Assembly: GCA_050273025.1 (NCBI GenBank)
Contig: CP158635.1
Span: 1,860,001-1,924,000, forward strand
Length of the DNA stretch: 64,000 nucleotides
Direction of reading: 5' to 3'
From: Cenococcum geophilum
Lineage: Eukaryota
Positions 23,901 to 35,000 of the stretch are shown piece after piece (the stretch's first letter is position 1; the number at the start of each line of letters is the position of its first letter). The position numbers were made by a program, and so were the translations under genes. A model generated the notes under the pieces. It did not search any database and was not told the origin of the DNA. It saw only the letters and a list, made by a program, of their open reading frames with translations.

Positions 23901-24290
23901 AATCCCCGACTTCTGACCTTCTAGTAGGTTATACTAGGAGTCTAAACAGGTAGTCGCTGTTAAGTATCGCTTGGGGGAGGTATTGAGTGATTGCTAATCT
24001 GTGCGCGCTCACTAATTAGTGTTTGTACTAATTTAATAGTATAAGTGAGTTATATCCCGGGGCACGAAATACGTATAGTATCGTATGCTCTTTGGGATGG
24101 TGGTGACTGTTGATTATATAAAGCAGACTACGTGGTCTATATACTGATGCACCTCCCCCCTAATTAGTTAGTGCTTTATAAGTGCACCAGACGCGTAAGC
24201 GAGTGGTTGGTGCACTAAACGCGTAAACGCGTACCTGGTGTACCGAACGCGTAAGCACGCGGTTAGTATAACAGGTGCTGTAATTATACA
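17997..24290 (-). mobile_element. Ty1/Copia element D (GalEa-like), 6.29 kb
   Basis: 271-bp LTRs at 17997-18267 and 24020-24290, TSD GTCCC (17992-17996; 24291-24295). Order PR-IN-RT-RH with LHRHFGHP, IGLQ(T)D(D)TL and FTDASFAN. CTAATTAGT follows the 5' LTR. Confidence 0.95.
18545..23590 (-). pseudogene. Copia D gag-pol polyprotein
   Basis: KYSGENDNFDFKLTIFTDLC (gag), CFVYGKEGCWS knuckle, and integrase, RT and RNase H motifs. RIP stops; ends approximate. Confidence 0.88.
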
Positions 24291-24319
24291 GTCCCCCTTA
24301 GGTAACTTATTTTTTAGCG

Positions 24320-27300
24320 ATCCTTTTTTATTAATACTGCCTAACCTAATCTCTTCTAATACTCCTATACCTTTCCTATAGCGTTCTTTAAATTTTTTAG
24401 TAGTTCCTAGGTAGTCTTAATATAGCCTATCTATTTTACTTCGTACTATATTTTATTATTAATGTCCTTATAGTTAATAATCTTTAAAACTTACTATTTA
24501 TCTTCTTCCTGTCCTCTATACATGTCTACTTTATAAATTAGTAGCTTAATATTTTCGTGTATTGGCTCTAGCATTATAATATACTATATAAGGTAGATCT
24601 TTATTTTAGCTGGTAGGTTTAACTTAAACGTAACTAGTGAAATTCTTTACTTAATTTTAAAAGGTCCTAGTTTAACGTAGTCTAACTTCTTACTTAGTCG
24701 TTAACTCTTAAAATTTTTATATAGTAGCTATACTTTATCTCCCTCCTTAAGATCTAGTCCCTTAGATCTCTTAGTATTATAGTACTTTTTTATTCTCTCT
24801 TGTACTGTTTTTACTATTTCCGTAAGGTTTTTATAAAGATTTATTAACGTCTCTATTCTTTATTTTACTGTACTACTTATCTTCTTTACTTAATGTGGTG
24901 ATAATGATATTCTTGGCTTATATCCGTAATTCGCCTTAAATAGTAATATGCCTATTCCTTCCTATGGTATTATATTGTATGCAAACTATATAATTAGTAA
25001 TAATAATACCTAATTATTCTGTGCGTAATTAATATAGTATTTTAGATACTGCTCTAGTATTTAATTTAGTTTTTCTATTTAACTGTCTGTTTGCGGATAA
25101 TATATAATAGAAGTTGCTGCTCTAACTCCTTACTCCGCTAAAAAATACCTCCTAGAATACTGCTATAAATCTTAAATCTCTATCTAATATAATTTTACTT
25201 AGTGCTCTATATCTTATAAATACTTCTTTAATATAGATTCTAGTAATATCTTCTAGTAATATTTCTTCTGTATATGCTATAAAGTATCCCTACTTTATAA
25301 GCTTGTCTACTATTACTAAGATTATATTATAATCTTATCCGGTAATAGGATCTCTTACCTTTAGTAACTTAATAATAAAGTCCTATAATATAACTTCCTA
25401 TAGTCTTTCTAGTATTTCGATAGGTTATAGCCCTCTATATAGCTTATACCTCGTCGGTTTGTTTCTTTAGCAATCTAGATATTTTTTTATAACTTTTTAT
25501 ACTAAGCCCTAGATTCTATTAATAATATACTCCTCCTAGAGTCTTAATACTAAGCCCGTGGCTCTATTATATCCTTAAGTTATTCCCTTATGGAATTCTT
25601 TTATAAATTATTCTGCTATGCTTTTTAGGATATATATTACTTCTTAATTCTTATATATGTCTATCTGTAGATCTTCTAGCTATACTTTTAGAATTCTTTA
25701 TACCTAAAAGCTTTTTGGTATCTTATAAACCCTCTCTAGTTCCTCTTAAGTTACTATAATTTTTGGATAATTATACCTAATTAATCCGTCTATATCTTTT
25801 CGTAGTAAAGCCCCTAATAGCTTTTCATTATTTTATAGTTTAGCTTTTTAACTTAGAGCGTCTACTTGCGTGTTATCTATACCCTTAGTATACTAAATCT
25901 TAAAATGGTATTTTATAAGTATCTCTACCCATCTAACCTATCTTTAGTTAAGTTCCTTTATTATTAGGAATCCTGTTAGGTTCTTATAATCCGTCTTAAC
26001 TATAAATAGTTTCTCTATACCTTATAAGAATACTCTCTATTTTTTTAGTACTATAACTATACCTAATAACTTCTTGTTATAGATATTATAGTTTAACTCT
26101 AGTAGTGTTATTTTCCGACTATAATATGCTACTGGGTGCTATCTATCTTAATATTTCTATATAAAGCACGCCCTTAGTATATAGTCTAATATATCTATTT
26201 TTATAACTATCTCTAGACCTAGTTAATAGATCTTTAGAACTGGCTCCTAGGTAAATAACTTTTTAACTTTCTTAAAGAGTTCTCTTTATTCCTCTCCCTA
26301 TAGTTCTTCTTTCTTTGTTAATCGCGTAAATGGCTTAATATCTTTTAACTATTGCGCTATAAACCTTCTGCGGTAATTACAAAACCCTAGAAATAATCTT
26401 AACTATATAACGTTCTCTAGTTTTTACTAATTTACTATAGCCTTAATCTTCTTTAAATCTATACTAAGTTGGCCTAGTTTAATAATAAATCTAACAAAAT
26501 TGGTCTTCCTAGTAAAGAACTTGTATTTCTTAATTACTACTAGCATTTATTCTTCCTATAGTCTCTTTAAGACCTATTTAACGTGTTCCCCGTATTTTTC
26601 CTTAGTTATTAAGTAGATAATAATAATATTAAGGTATACTATAATAAATTTATCCAAGTGTTCTCCTAATATATTATTAATACACTTCTAAAATATTACT
26701 AGTGCGTTTATAAGCCCGAATTATATAACTAATGGTTTATATAGTCCTTCCTTTAACCTAAAGGCTGCTTTCTATTTATTACCTTCCTTAATTTTAATCT
26801 AGTGGTACGCCTATCTTAGATCTATCTTTATAAAGATTTACACGTTGCCTATCCTATCTTAGATTTCACTAATTAAGGGTAAAGGATACCTATCCTTCCT
26901 AGTAATGCTATTTAACTGTCTATAGTTAATATACAGCCTTAGTTTACCATTTTTCTTTAGTACAAATAGTACTGGATATCCCGCTAATAACTGCGATGGT
27001 CTAATATATCCCTTTTATAAGTTTTCTTAAATAAACTCTTTTAGTGCTCTACCTTCTTCTTTAGTAAGCTTATAGATTAAAAAAAACCTTAGACTTATTT
27101 CTAGTTCTAATTATATCTTATAGTCCTATACTATATACTCTAACAGCTTTTCGCTTTTTAGCGACTATAGTTTCTTACTATACTTATGGTATCTCTTTAG
27201 TACGTAACTTAGTCCTTTTTCTATTTCTTTATAGGTTGCTCCTACTTAATACCATACTATCTTAGCTTATTATTATATTTTACGGCGTTAAGTATCTTTA

Positions 27301-30300
27301 ATATTAACCTAACCTGTAATCTAATTAATCTTTAGATTATATTCCTATAACTAAGGTATTTTTAGTACTGCCTTATTATTCCCTAATAGTAATATATTAA
27401 AAAACATCTTAATTTATCTCCCTTTAATAGTTAACTAAATAGGTCCTATTTTAAGATTAATAATGCCTCCTCTATAGGCTATTGGATCTCCTAAAATTAT
27501 TACTAATAGGTAAGGTTCCTCCTTTTGTCTGTAAGGTAATCCTATTCTCTTAACTACTATTAGCGAGATATAGTTCCTTATTACTCCACTATCTATTAAT
27601 GCCTTAAACTATTAATCTTGCTATTTAACTTATAAATTTAGGTATTAACCTTAAATTCTTTTAAGGGTCTAAGGCTCTACTACTAGCTCCCTTTAGTCCC
27701 GTAGGCCTCCACTTTTCCTAACTATTAGCTACTTAATCCTATTTATACTTAGTCCAACTTTAGCTAATACTTAGTTCGCTTTTTATCTTTAATATGCTAT
27801 AGATACGTATTCTCTAAGTATTCCCACTACTATTATCCGTTTAGGTATTCTTCCGTAAGGAATCTTTTTGGCTAAAATATTAAGTCTCCTATCTCCTAAA
27901 CTTCTATTAAATGCTAGCTATGCATATACTTAGTATTATGGTATTTTTATTCTTCCGTTAATTAATATATTCTTATAGGGTATTTCTAATTCTTTTCCTT
28001 TAGGTTTCTGTGCATTTTGTATATATTATCTATATATACGATCCATAATAGCGTATAATGTACTTAGTGCCTTAGGTTAACTCTTAGCTTATCTTTATCC
28101 TTAAGTTTAAACCTCTACTATATTAATCTAAACGTTATAACTTCATTTGCAGGTACTAAGATATATCTCCCGCTTCTCTAGTCCTCTAAATATTCCTCTA
28201 GATCTTTTAATATTATAATTAAGGCTCCTTTAATATAATTTATGGCCTTTTCTATAATTGGGTGGTCTTGGATAACTTTTTCATCTAGCCATATATAGAA
28301 ATCTTCCCACTTATTATTATGCCTTTACCTATACTACTTTTAGTACAGCTACTGGAGTGTATATAGTTTATTCGTAAGGAAGTATCTTCTTATTACTGCG
28401 TCGTAACAGCCTTTGGTGTATTATTCCTTAAATCTAGTTAGAATCCCTAGATCCTCTTTATTTTCTAGTTTAGTAAACCACTTAGCTCTTAGTATGCCTA
28501 CTTTAGGCCTATTAGTGATTTTTTGTACTAGTGCTCTATCCCTTATACGTCCTAATATACTAGATCTCTTATCTAGTTTTTGTTCTTGCTATAAGGTAAT
28601 TCTGGCTCTAAACTCCTCTATAGTTTCTTTCCTTTTACGTCTTATAAGTGGATCCTTAAAGTCTCCTTACTTCTTAATCTTGGTATTAACTTTTTAATCT
28701 TTAGGCTAAACACTATGTTCCCCTAGTAAGTCCTCTAGGTCTATATATCTATCTCCTAGTTTAGTTACTATTTATACTGTAGATTCTTTAATTTATAAAG
28801 AAGCCTCTTGCCTCTTACTTATAGGTGTCTTAATTTATACTCTAAATTCTTAGTCCCTTAGATTCTTTAATCCTAAGCTTGCTTCTAACTTAAGCCTTAC
28901 TCCTGCCTTAGTCCAACTAGGCTTAGGTATTCTTATCTTATCTTAAGAATCTTAAATCTTACTTATTTTATCTTAAGAGTCTTATAACTATAGGAACTTT
29001 TATTCTAAGCTTATTTATATATCTTTAAACTAAGCTACTGCCCTGCTTTATTGGTTCTTGTCTATTATAGGTCCTTAGGTATACCTTATCTCGTCTTAAG
29101 AATCTTAGTTGTCTCTTATCTTATCTTAAAAGTCTTAAGCCTTTGGCTTCTTGCCTTTATTAAGTGCTAAAGTGGTTTACTGTCCTATTTCTCTTACGTC
29201 TTATAAAGCGATAGATATCGTATCTAGTGGGGTCTTAATCCCTACTAATATTTCCTGTTCTATAGTGGAATTATCCTCTACTTCTGTTATAACATTTTTA
29301 AGGTCTATATATTCCTAGTAAACCGCCCTTATTACCTTATTATTATAAAATATTTCGCCTTTATTAAATTTATTATCCTTAATATCCGATCTACGAACTA
29401 GTTTATTAGTTCCTCTATATGCTATAAATTTCGGCTCCTATAGCTAATAGCTTGCGCCGTACTTAGCGTCTTTATAAATTTGGTATACGTTATTATAACA
29501 GAACGTAAAACTTTTAATTAAATATTCTTTTATTCCTTGTAGTATACTATTATCCCTCTATACGTATATGTCTTCTACTATTAGTCTAGTTCCCTTTATT
29601 ATATAGTAACTCTAACTATCTTTATAATCCCTTATAAAGTGACCTTGTTTCCCACAATTTATATAAGCTCCGTTTTTAAACTATTAACTTTACTATAAAG
29701 TCTGCCTAAACGTCTTCTGCTACTAAGATCCCTGGTTTAGCCTCTACTCCTTAGTCCTATAATTACCAGATCCTTAACCTCTAAGTTTTTATAGTTTCTT
29801 ACTCTATCTTTTATAGGCTTCTTTAGTACTACTTAGGTCTATTAGCTCTACGCCGTACTATATTTTCTAACTTAGCTTTAGTTATTGCGTACTCTGCGCC
29901 TTATATAACTGTGGAACTCTATCCTAACCCCTCTTAATCTGTTCCCTTTAGTAGATCCAATTATTAATCTTAATCGCTTAATCTATTAGTTCCCGTAGGG
30001 TATTTATATCTTCTATTAGGATAATCGCGTCCTAAACTTTAGCCTTAAGTCCTTATTTATACTGTGCCATAAGCGCCTTATTATTCTACTTTACTTATAT
30101 CGCTAGCGTCTGGAATTATATTATGTACTTAATTGCTAAGGTTCGTTATGTAATGTCTTAGAGTTTTCTTTCCGCCGTAGTTATTAATTTTAGGTCTCTA
30201 AATATTTACGTAAGTCGCTCTATAAACCCTTTCTAGCTTAAGAATATAAATCGCATATCTTGGTTAGTGGTTGTTATTCCATTTATTTATATCTCTATAA

Positions 30301-30667
30301 GATAAGGTTTAAACTACTTTAGTACTCTTCCTAATAGGAATAGTCCTGTATAGGCTATTCGATCCATAGATATTAGTAGCTTTACCCCTTCCTATAAAAC
30401 CTTAAAGTGCATTTACGTAAAAAATCCTTTAAGCTTTAACCTCTTTCCTAAGAATCTCTTAATAGATAGTAACTTAACTTTTACTACTCTAATCCCATTA
30501 ACCCTTTCCTTTAACGCTGCATTATTAGCTATTAACTAGTTAATTACCTCTTATAGTTATCTAACCGTCATAGGTTGCTATAAGTTAGTATCTGCTATAC
30601 TAGTATTACTTGACCTTAAAGTAGTTGCCGCCATTAATAGCGTTATAGTGGCTGCTTTTGGTAGCAT
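24320..30667 (-). pseudogene. Gypsy C gag-pol with chromodomain
   Basis: ATG retained at 30667. Protease, RT VYL(DD)III at ~26620-26645, RNase H, integrase DSQ.E at ~25075-25090 and chromodomain at ~24380-24500. Confidence 0.88.
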
Positions 30668-30712
30668 ATTGTTTGACTTTCTATATTTAATACCGTAACT
30701 AAGTAGTAATTG

Positions 30713-31138
30713 TGTAACAAAACCTTATAGTAGAAACTATAATAGGCTCGTTATTAGGCTAGGTATATAGGTAATATAAGTATAAAAGTTAACAATGTAA
30801 TAATAACTGGTGGAGTGGTTGCCTAATAGATTAACTCTAATTATATTCTAAGAATCACTATAAGGAAGGAACTATCTTAGGTAGGGATTAAGGGTCCTTA
30901 AATACACAACCGTACTCCTATAAAATCCTTCTTATACATAATATACATATTATACGTATTGTATATACATTCCCTTTATACACTACGTATACTGCGTATA
31001 ACATTATATAACATTAGTTACTATTCCTCGTTATATAGTTCTACTGGCTCCATTCTGGACCGTGCCTAAATTAACTAACTAGCTTCTTTTAACTCTTCTC
31101 TAAGTAGTCGTAATATTATACTTAAAGCGTCCGTAATA
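30713..31138 (-). repeat. Gypsy C 5' LTR
   Basis: Copy of 16876-17301. Confidence 0.95.
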
Positions 31139-31721
31139 GTCTTCCTAAGCTATACTTATTTACCACTTAGTCTAATACTACCCTTCCTAGCATCTTCGGC
31201 GCAAGCATAAAATCGGTTAATTATAGTTAAGTAGTGTTCTTAATACCATATCCTAGATATTTAAGCCTATTAATTAGGGCCTTATTAACTTATACCGTTA
31301 CTTTATAAAGTAGGTAGACGGTAAGCTTTTAGACGGTAAAAAGGAAGTAGTAAAAGACTGTATATTTAAGTGGACTGTTAAAAACACCTTATCCCTAGGA
31401 CTTTTAGATGGTTTCTCTAGCTTTATTACACTAATTTCTTTAATCTTTTACTATCTTACTAACGTTAGAGATGTTCTTAAAGATTAATAAGAACGCATCC
31501 CTTTTTAGAGATACTTATAGCCCGTTATCCTAGTTAACAAAATTAACTACCACACTAGTAGCATCTGTGTAGTTTTCTTAAGAGAGTAGAATCTCGTTAT
31601 ATATTTAAAGAAGCACTACCTAACGCTAATTAACTATAAAGCCTCTAACTTCTATAAAAACGTCACTAATCTATTACTTAACTCCTTTATATAGTACTAG
31701 AGGTCTACTAGATAAAGATAT
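31139..31721 (-). pseudogene. Gypsy B ORF3, N-terminal part
   Basis: In codon phase with 14700-16870 once element C and one TSD copy are removed. Putative RIP-mutated start (ATA) at ~31721. Confidence 0.5.
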
Positions 31722-32049
31722 AATAAATATACTATTATTAATTCTATTTACTTATAACTTTAACTAATTATAACTATATTTAAGGTTTATTAAGGGCGAA
31801 AAGGTAAAGTTCTAAATAGGGTTTCCTAATCTAAATAGTCTACTAAATTTAGGTAGTAGTATAGAGTTCTACTAGCTCTAATCATTAAATAGACTAATTA
31901 TAATTTTCTATCCCTAGGATAGAAAATCACTATTAGCTTAGTAAAGGCGGTAAGCGGAGCTAATATCTTTGCAGTAAATAATACTAGATAGTTATACGTA
32001 AATATTCTTCTATCCTTACCTTACTACCACTACATATTAGATTCCTGTA

Positions 32050-35000
32050 ACTAAAAAAAGTAAATAAGAAAGTATAATAGAAAGAGCTTTAGGAAATACG
32101 GCAAATAAACGGACGGATTACACAGCTATTATCTATATCCCCTCCCCTACCTTAGAACTTAACTATCCCCTAGTTAAATATTTTATACTTAATTCTATTA
32201 AACAATCTTTCTAGAACATATACTTCTTAAACTACACAGTGTTGCGATACTGGTGGATTTTATATAATATCCTCCTTAGGTTCTAGCTCTACTATTATTT
32301 CTTATAGCATAGTTCTGCCTAACTGGTTAAGCTAGTCTTCCTAGTGGACCTTAGACATCTATTACTAATAAAACTTCTTTAATCTATTCCCTAGAGTTTA
32401 ATTATAGAATGGCGTGCTATTAAGATCCTTAATTAAGTACTATCCTTTATAAGGGTAACTTTTATATACACAAAACGGGCCTAGCCATTTTAAATCTAAC
32501 TTATAACTGCTAGAATAGTCTTGCTTAAGCTACGTATTATAAAGTATAATTATATCTCTAACCTTAAATCCGTCCTAGCGAATATGGTAGGTATTATTAA
32601 AGTACTCCTTATTTGCTACCCTTAGTTGTCTTATACGCGTAATAGCCTCTTTTATATCTACGTCTCTTTAATTAAACTACTTTATATAAAGTGCTAGCAG
32701 CTCTATAGTAGTCCGGACTATTTACTAAGGCAGCGTCTACTAAGTAAGTATACAGAGTTTAATAAAAAGGACATACTTATATCCGCATATAACTCTTACC
32801 GGCGTTATTTCCGTAGGCCACTTAATAGTTATCCTATCTACCCACAAAACGGTATAAAGATTATTTAGCTATAAGCCATCCATCTTCGCCAAAGCGTCTA
32901 TTATAGGTTTATAGCCTTACTCTATAAAGCCTTACGCCTAAGCGTAGTAAGCGGAAGCTATAACCCTCTTAATATTATAGAGCTCTACAAGCGTAGCGGT
33001 AATATTAGCATTCTCTCCTTTACTATCTACAAAGAGTTATCTAAATACTCCCTATTGGCAGATAATATCTTTATAGAGGAACTTTACTATACTTTTTATA
33101 TCCTTATTTTAAAGGGCGCAAGCTTCCACCTATCTAGATATATATTTTTAGGTAATAGCTAGGTACCAAAATCTAAGACGGCTTAAAGGTATAAATATAA
33201 TATCTACTGCTACTTATTACTATAAGGTAGACTCCTATATAGGGTATATTACTTCTTCTTCCTATTCTGGCTATTACTTCTAGTATTACAAATATAACTT
33301 AATATGCCATAATATCTAATCCTATAGCCCTAGCCACTAATATTAATTTAAGATCCTCTAATACGTTCCCTCTTATCTATAATATCCGCTTTAATTATAA
33401 AGGCTTTTAATAATCTCCTACTAAGCGTCCTTACTATTAACTACCCTTCGCATTAGTATATTTTTTAACTATTAGCAAAAAAGCTGTCGATTACGCACTA
33501 GGAACTTTAGCGTATATTATTTAAACTTTTTAAACTCTTTAGTATTTATCTCTTTCAGACGTTATAAGGTTACTAGCCACTTCGTAATCTCTTAAGATTC
33601 CTTTAAATATAAGTCTTCTAGTAGCAAACCCGCTTCTATTTTAAGAGGGGCAGCCGTATATTCTAAGGCACTTAGTTTATAGTTAATAAACTCTTTAATA
33701 TCCTTAGTCGGCTTATTAGGTCGTTTACTATTAGGTAGCCGTTATAAAAGTCCATTAACTAGGCTATTCTTTTTCCCTAGCATATATCTAACATTAAAGT
33801 CCTATAGCTAGATCTATACTAGCCATCTTATTATTAAGGCTCTAAGTAAATTAGTAGTAGTATAATTTAGTTATATAACTAAGGTATTCACATCCGTCTC
33901 TACTATAAAGTAAACGCCGTATAGGTATACGCAACACTTCTTTAACGCATATAGCAACGCTCAATATTTAAGCTTTCTTAAGTTATATTTTTACTCCGCC
34001 TAAGACTAGATACCGCTTTTATATTAATATAGGTAATAATAACCTTATATATCCAGTTATATAAAGCCGCACCCCTATCTATTCTTGCATCCGTTAATAG
34101 CAAGAATAATTAGCCTAGCCCCTTTACTATAATCTAGCTAAACTAATACGGGTATAGTAGTAACTGTATACTTTAGAGTCTTTATAGTAGCTATCTACTC
34201 TATACCCTATATAAACGGAACGTTTACTTATAGTAGTTAGAAGATTAGCTCTGCCTTAATTATAAAGTCTTCTACCTATATTTAGTAATATACAATAACT
34301 CCTAGGAACGCTTAGGCCAACGTAACGTCTTTATAGTCTTTCTAGTAAATAATCTTTATAACCTTTAACTCTTCTAAATATCGCCCTTTTCTATTACAGC
34401 GGTAGCCAACTACTATAATCTCGTCTTTATAGAAATAAGACTTTACGCCTAAAATTATATACCTAGCTCGTTCTAAATCGGCAAGCACTCCGTTTAGCTA
34501 TACAATATATTCCAAAATGTATCTACATATACCTAAAAGGCTCTCCTCCCCATTATATACTATCTATGGGCCTTTTACTATAATATTATCCAGAAATAGC
34601 AGGGTATAGTGTGGGATGTACCGTTCTAAAATCTTAGTAATTATCCGCACAAACTAGGCTATAGAATTTGTGCCTTTTATAGGTACCATTATTTATTATA
34701 AAAGTCCTAAAGGTATTATAAAAGCCGTTAGGTTCTGGCTTTCTATATTTAGCTCTAATTAGTTATAGCTAGAGAAGAAGTCCACTAGAGATATAACCTT
34801 ATACCCCACAAACTCCTTAGAAAATTTATCGGCATATAGTAACAGATTTACGTCCCTAACAGTTACTTAGTTGATATTTATTGCTGCATTAATTAGTTAG
34901 TACTTATTACGTTCCTTCTTACTTATAAGAAACTATAGATTCCTATATAGGCTTTTGTAATATTCTAAAGTCCCTTAAGCTAGTCGTTCTCGTAATATAT

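Larger units (their letters stand above)
16876..31138 (-). mobile_element. Ty3/Gypsy chromovirus C (same family as A, ~7.96 kb after removing D)
   Basis: 426-bp LTRs at 16876-17301 and 30713-31138, TSD GTCTT (16871-16875; 31139-31143). Internal sequence matches the reverse complement of A. Confidence 0.95.
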
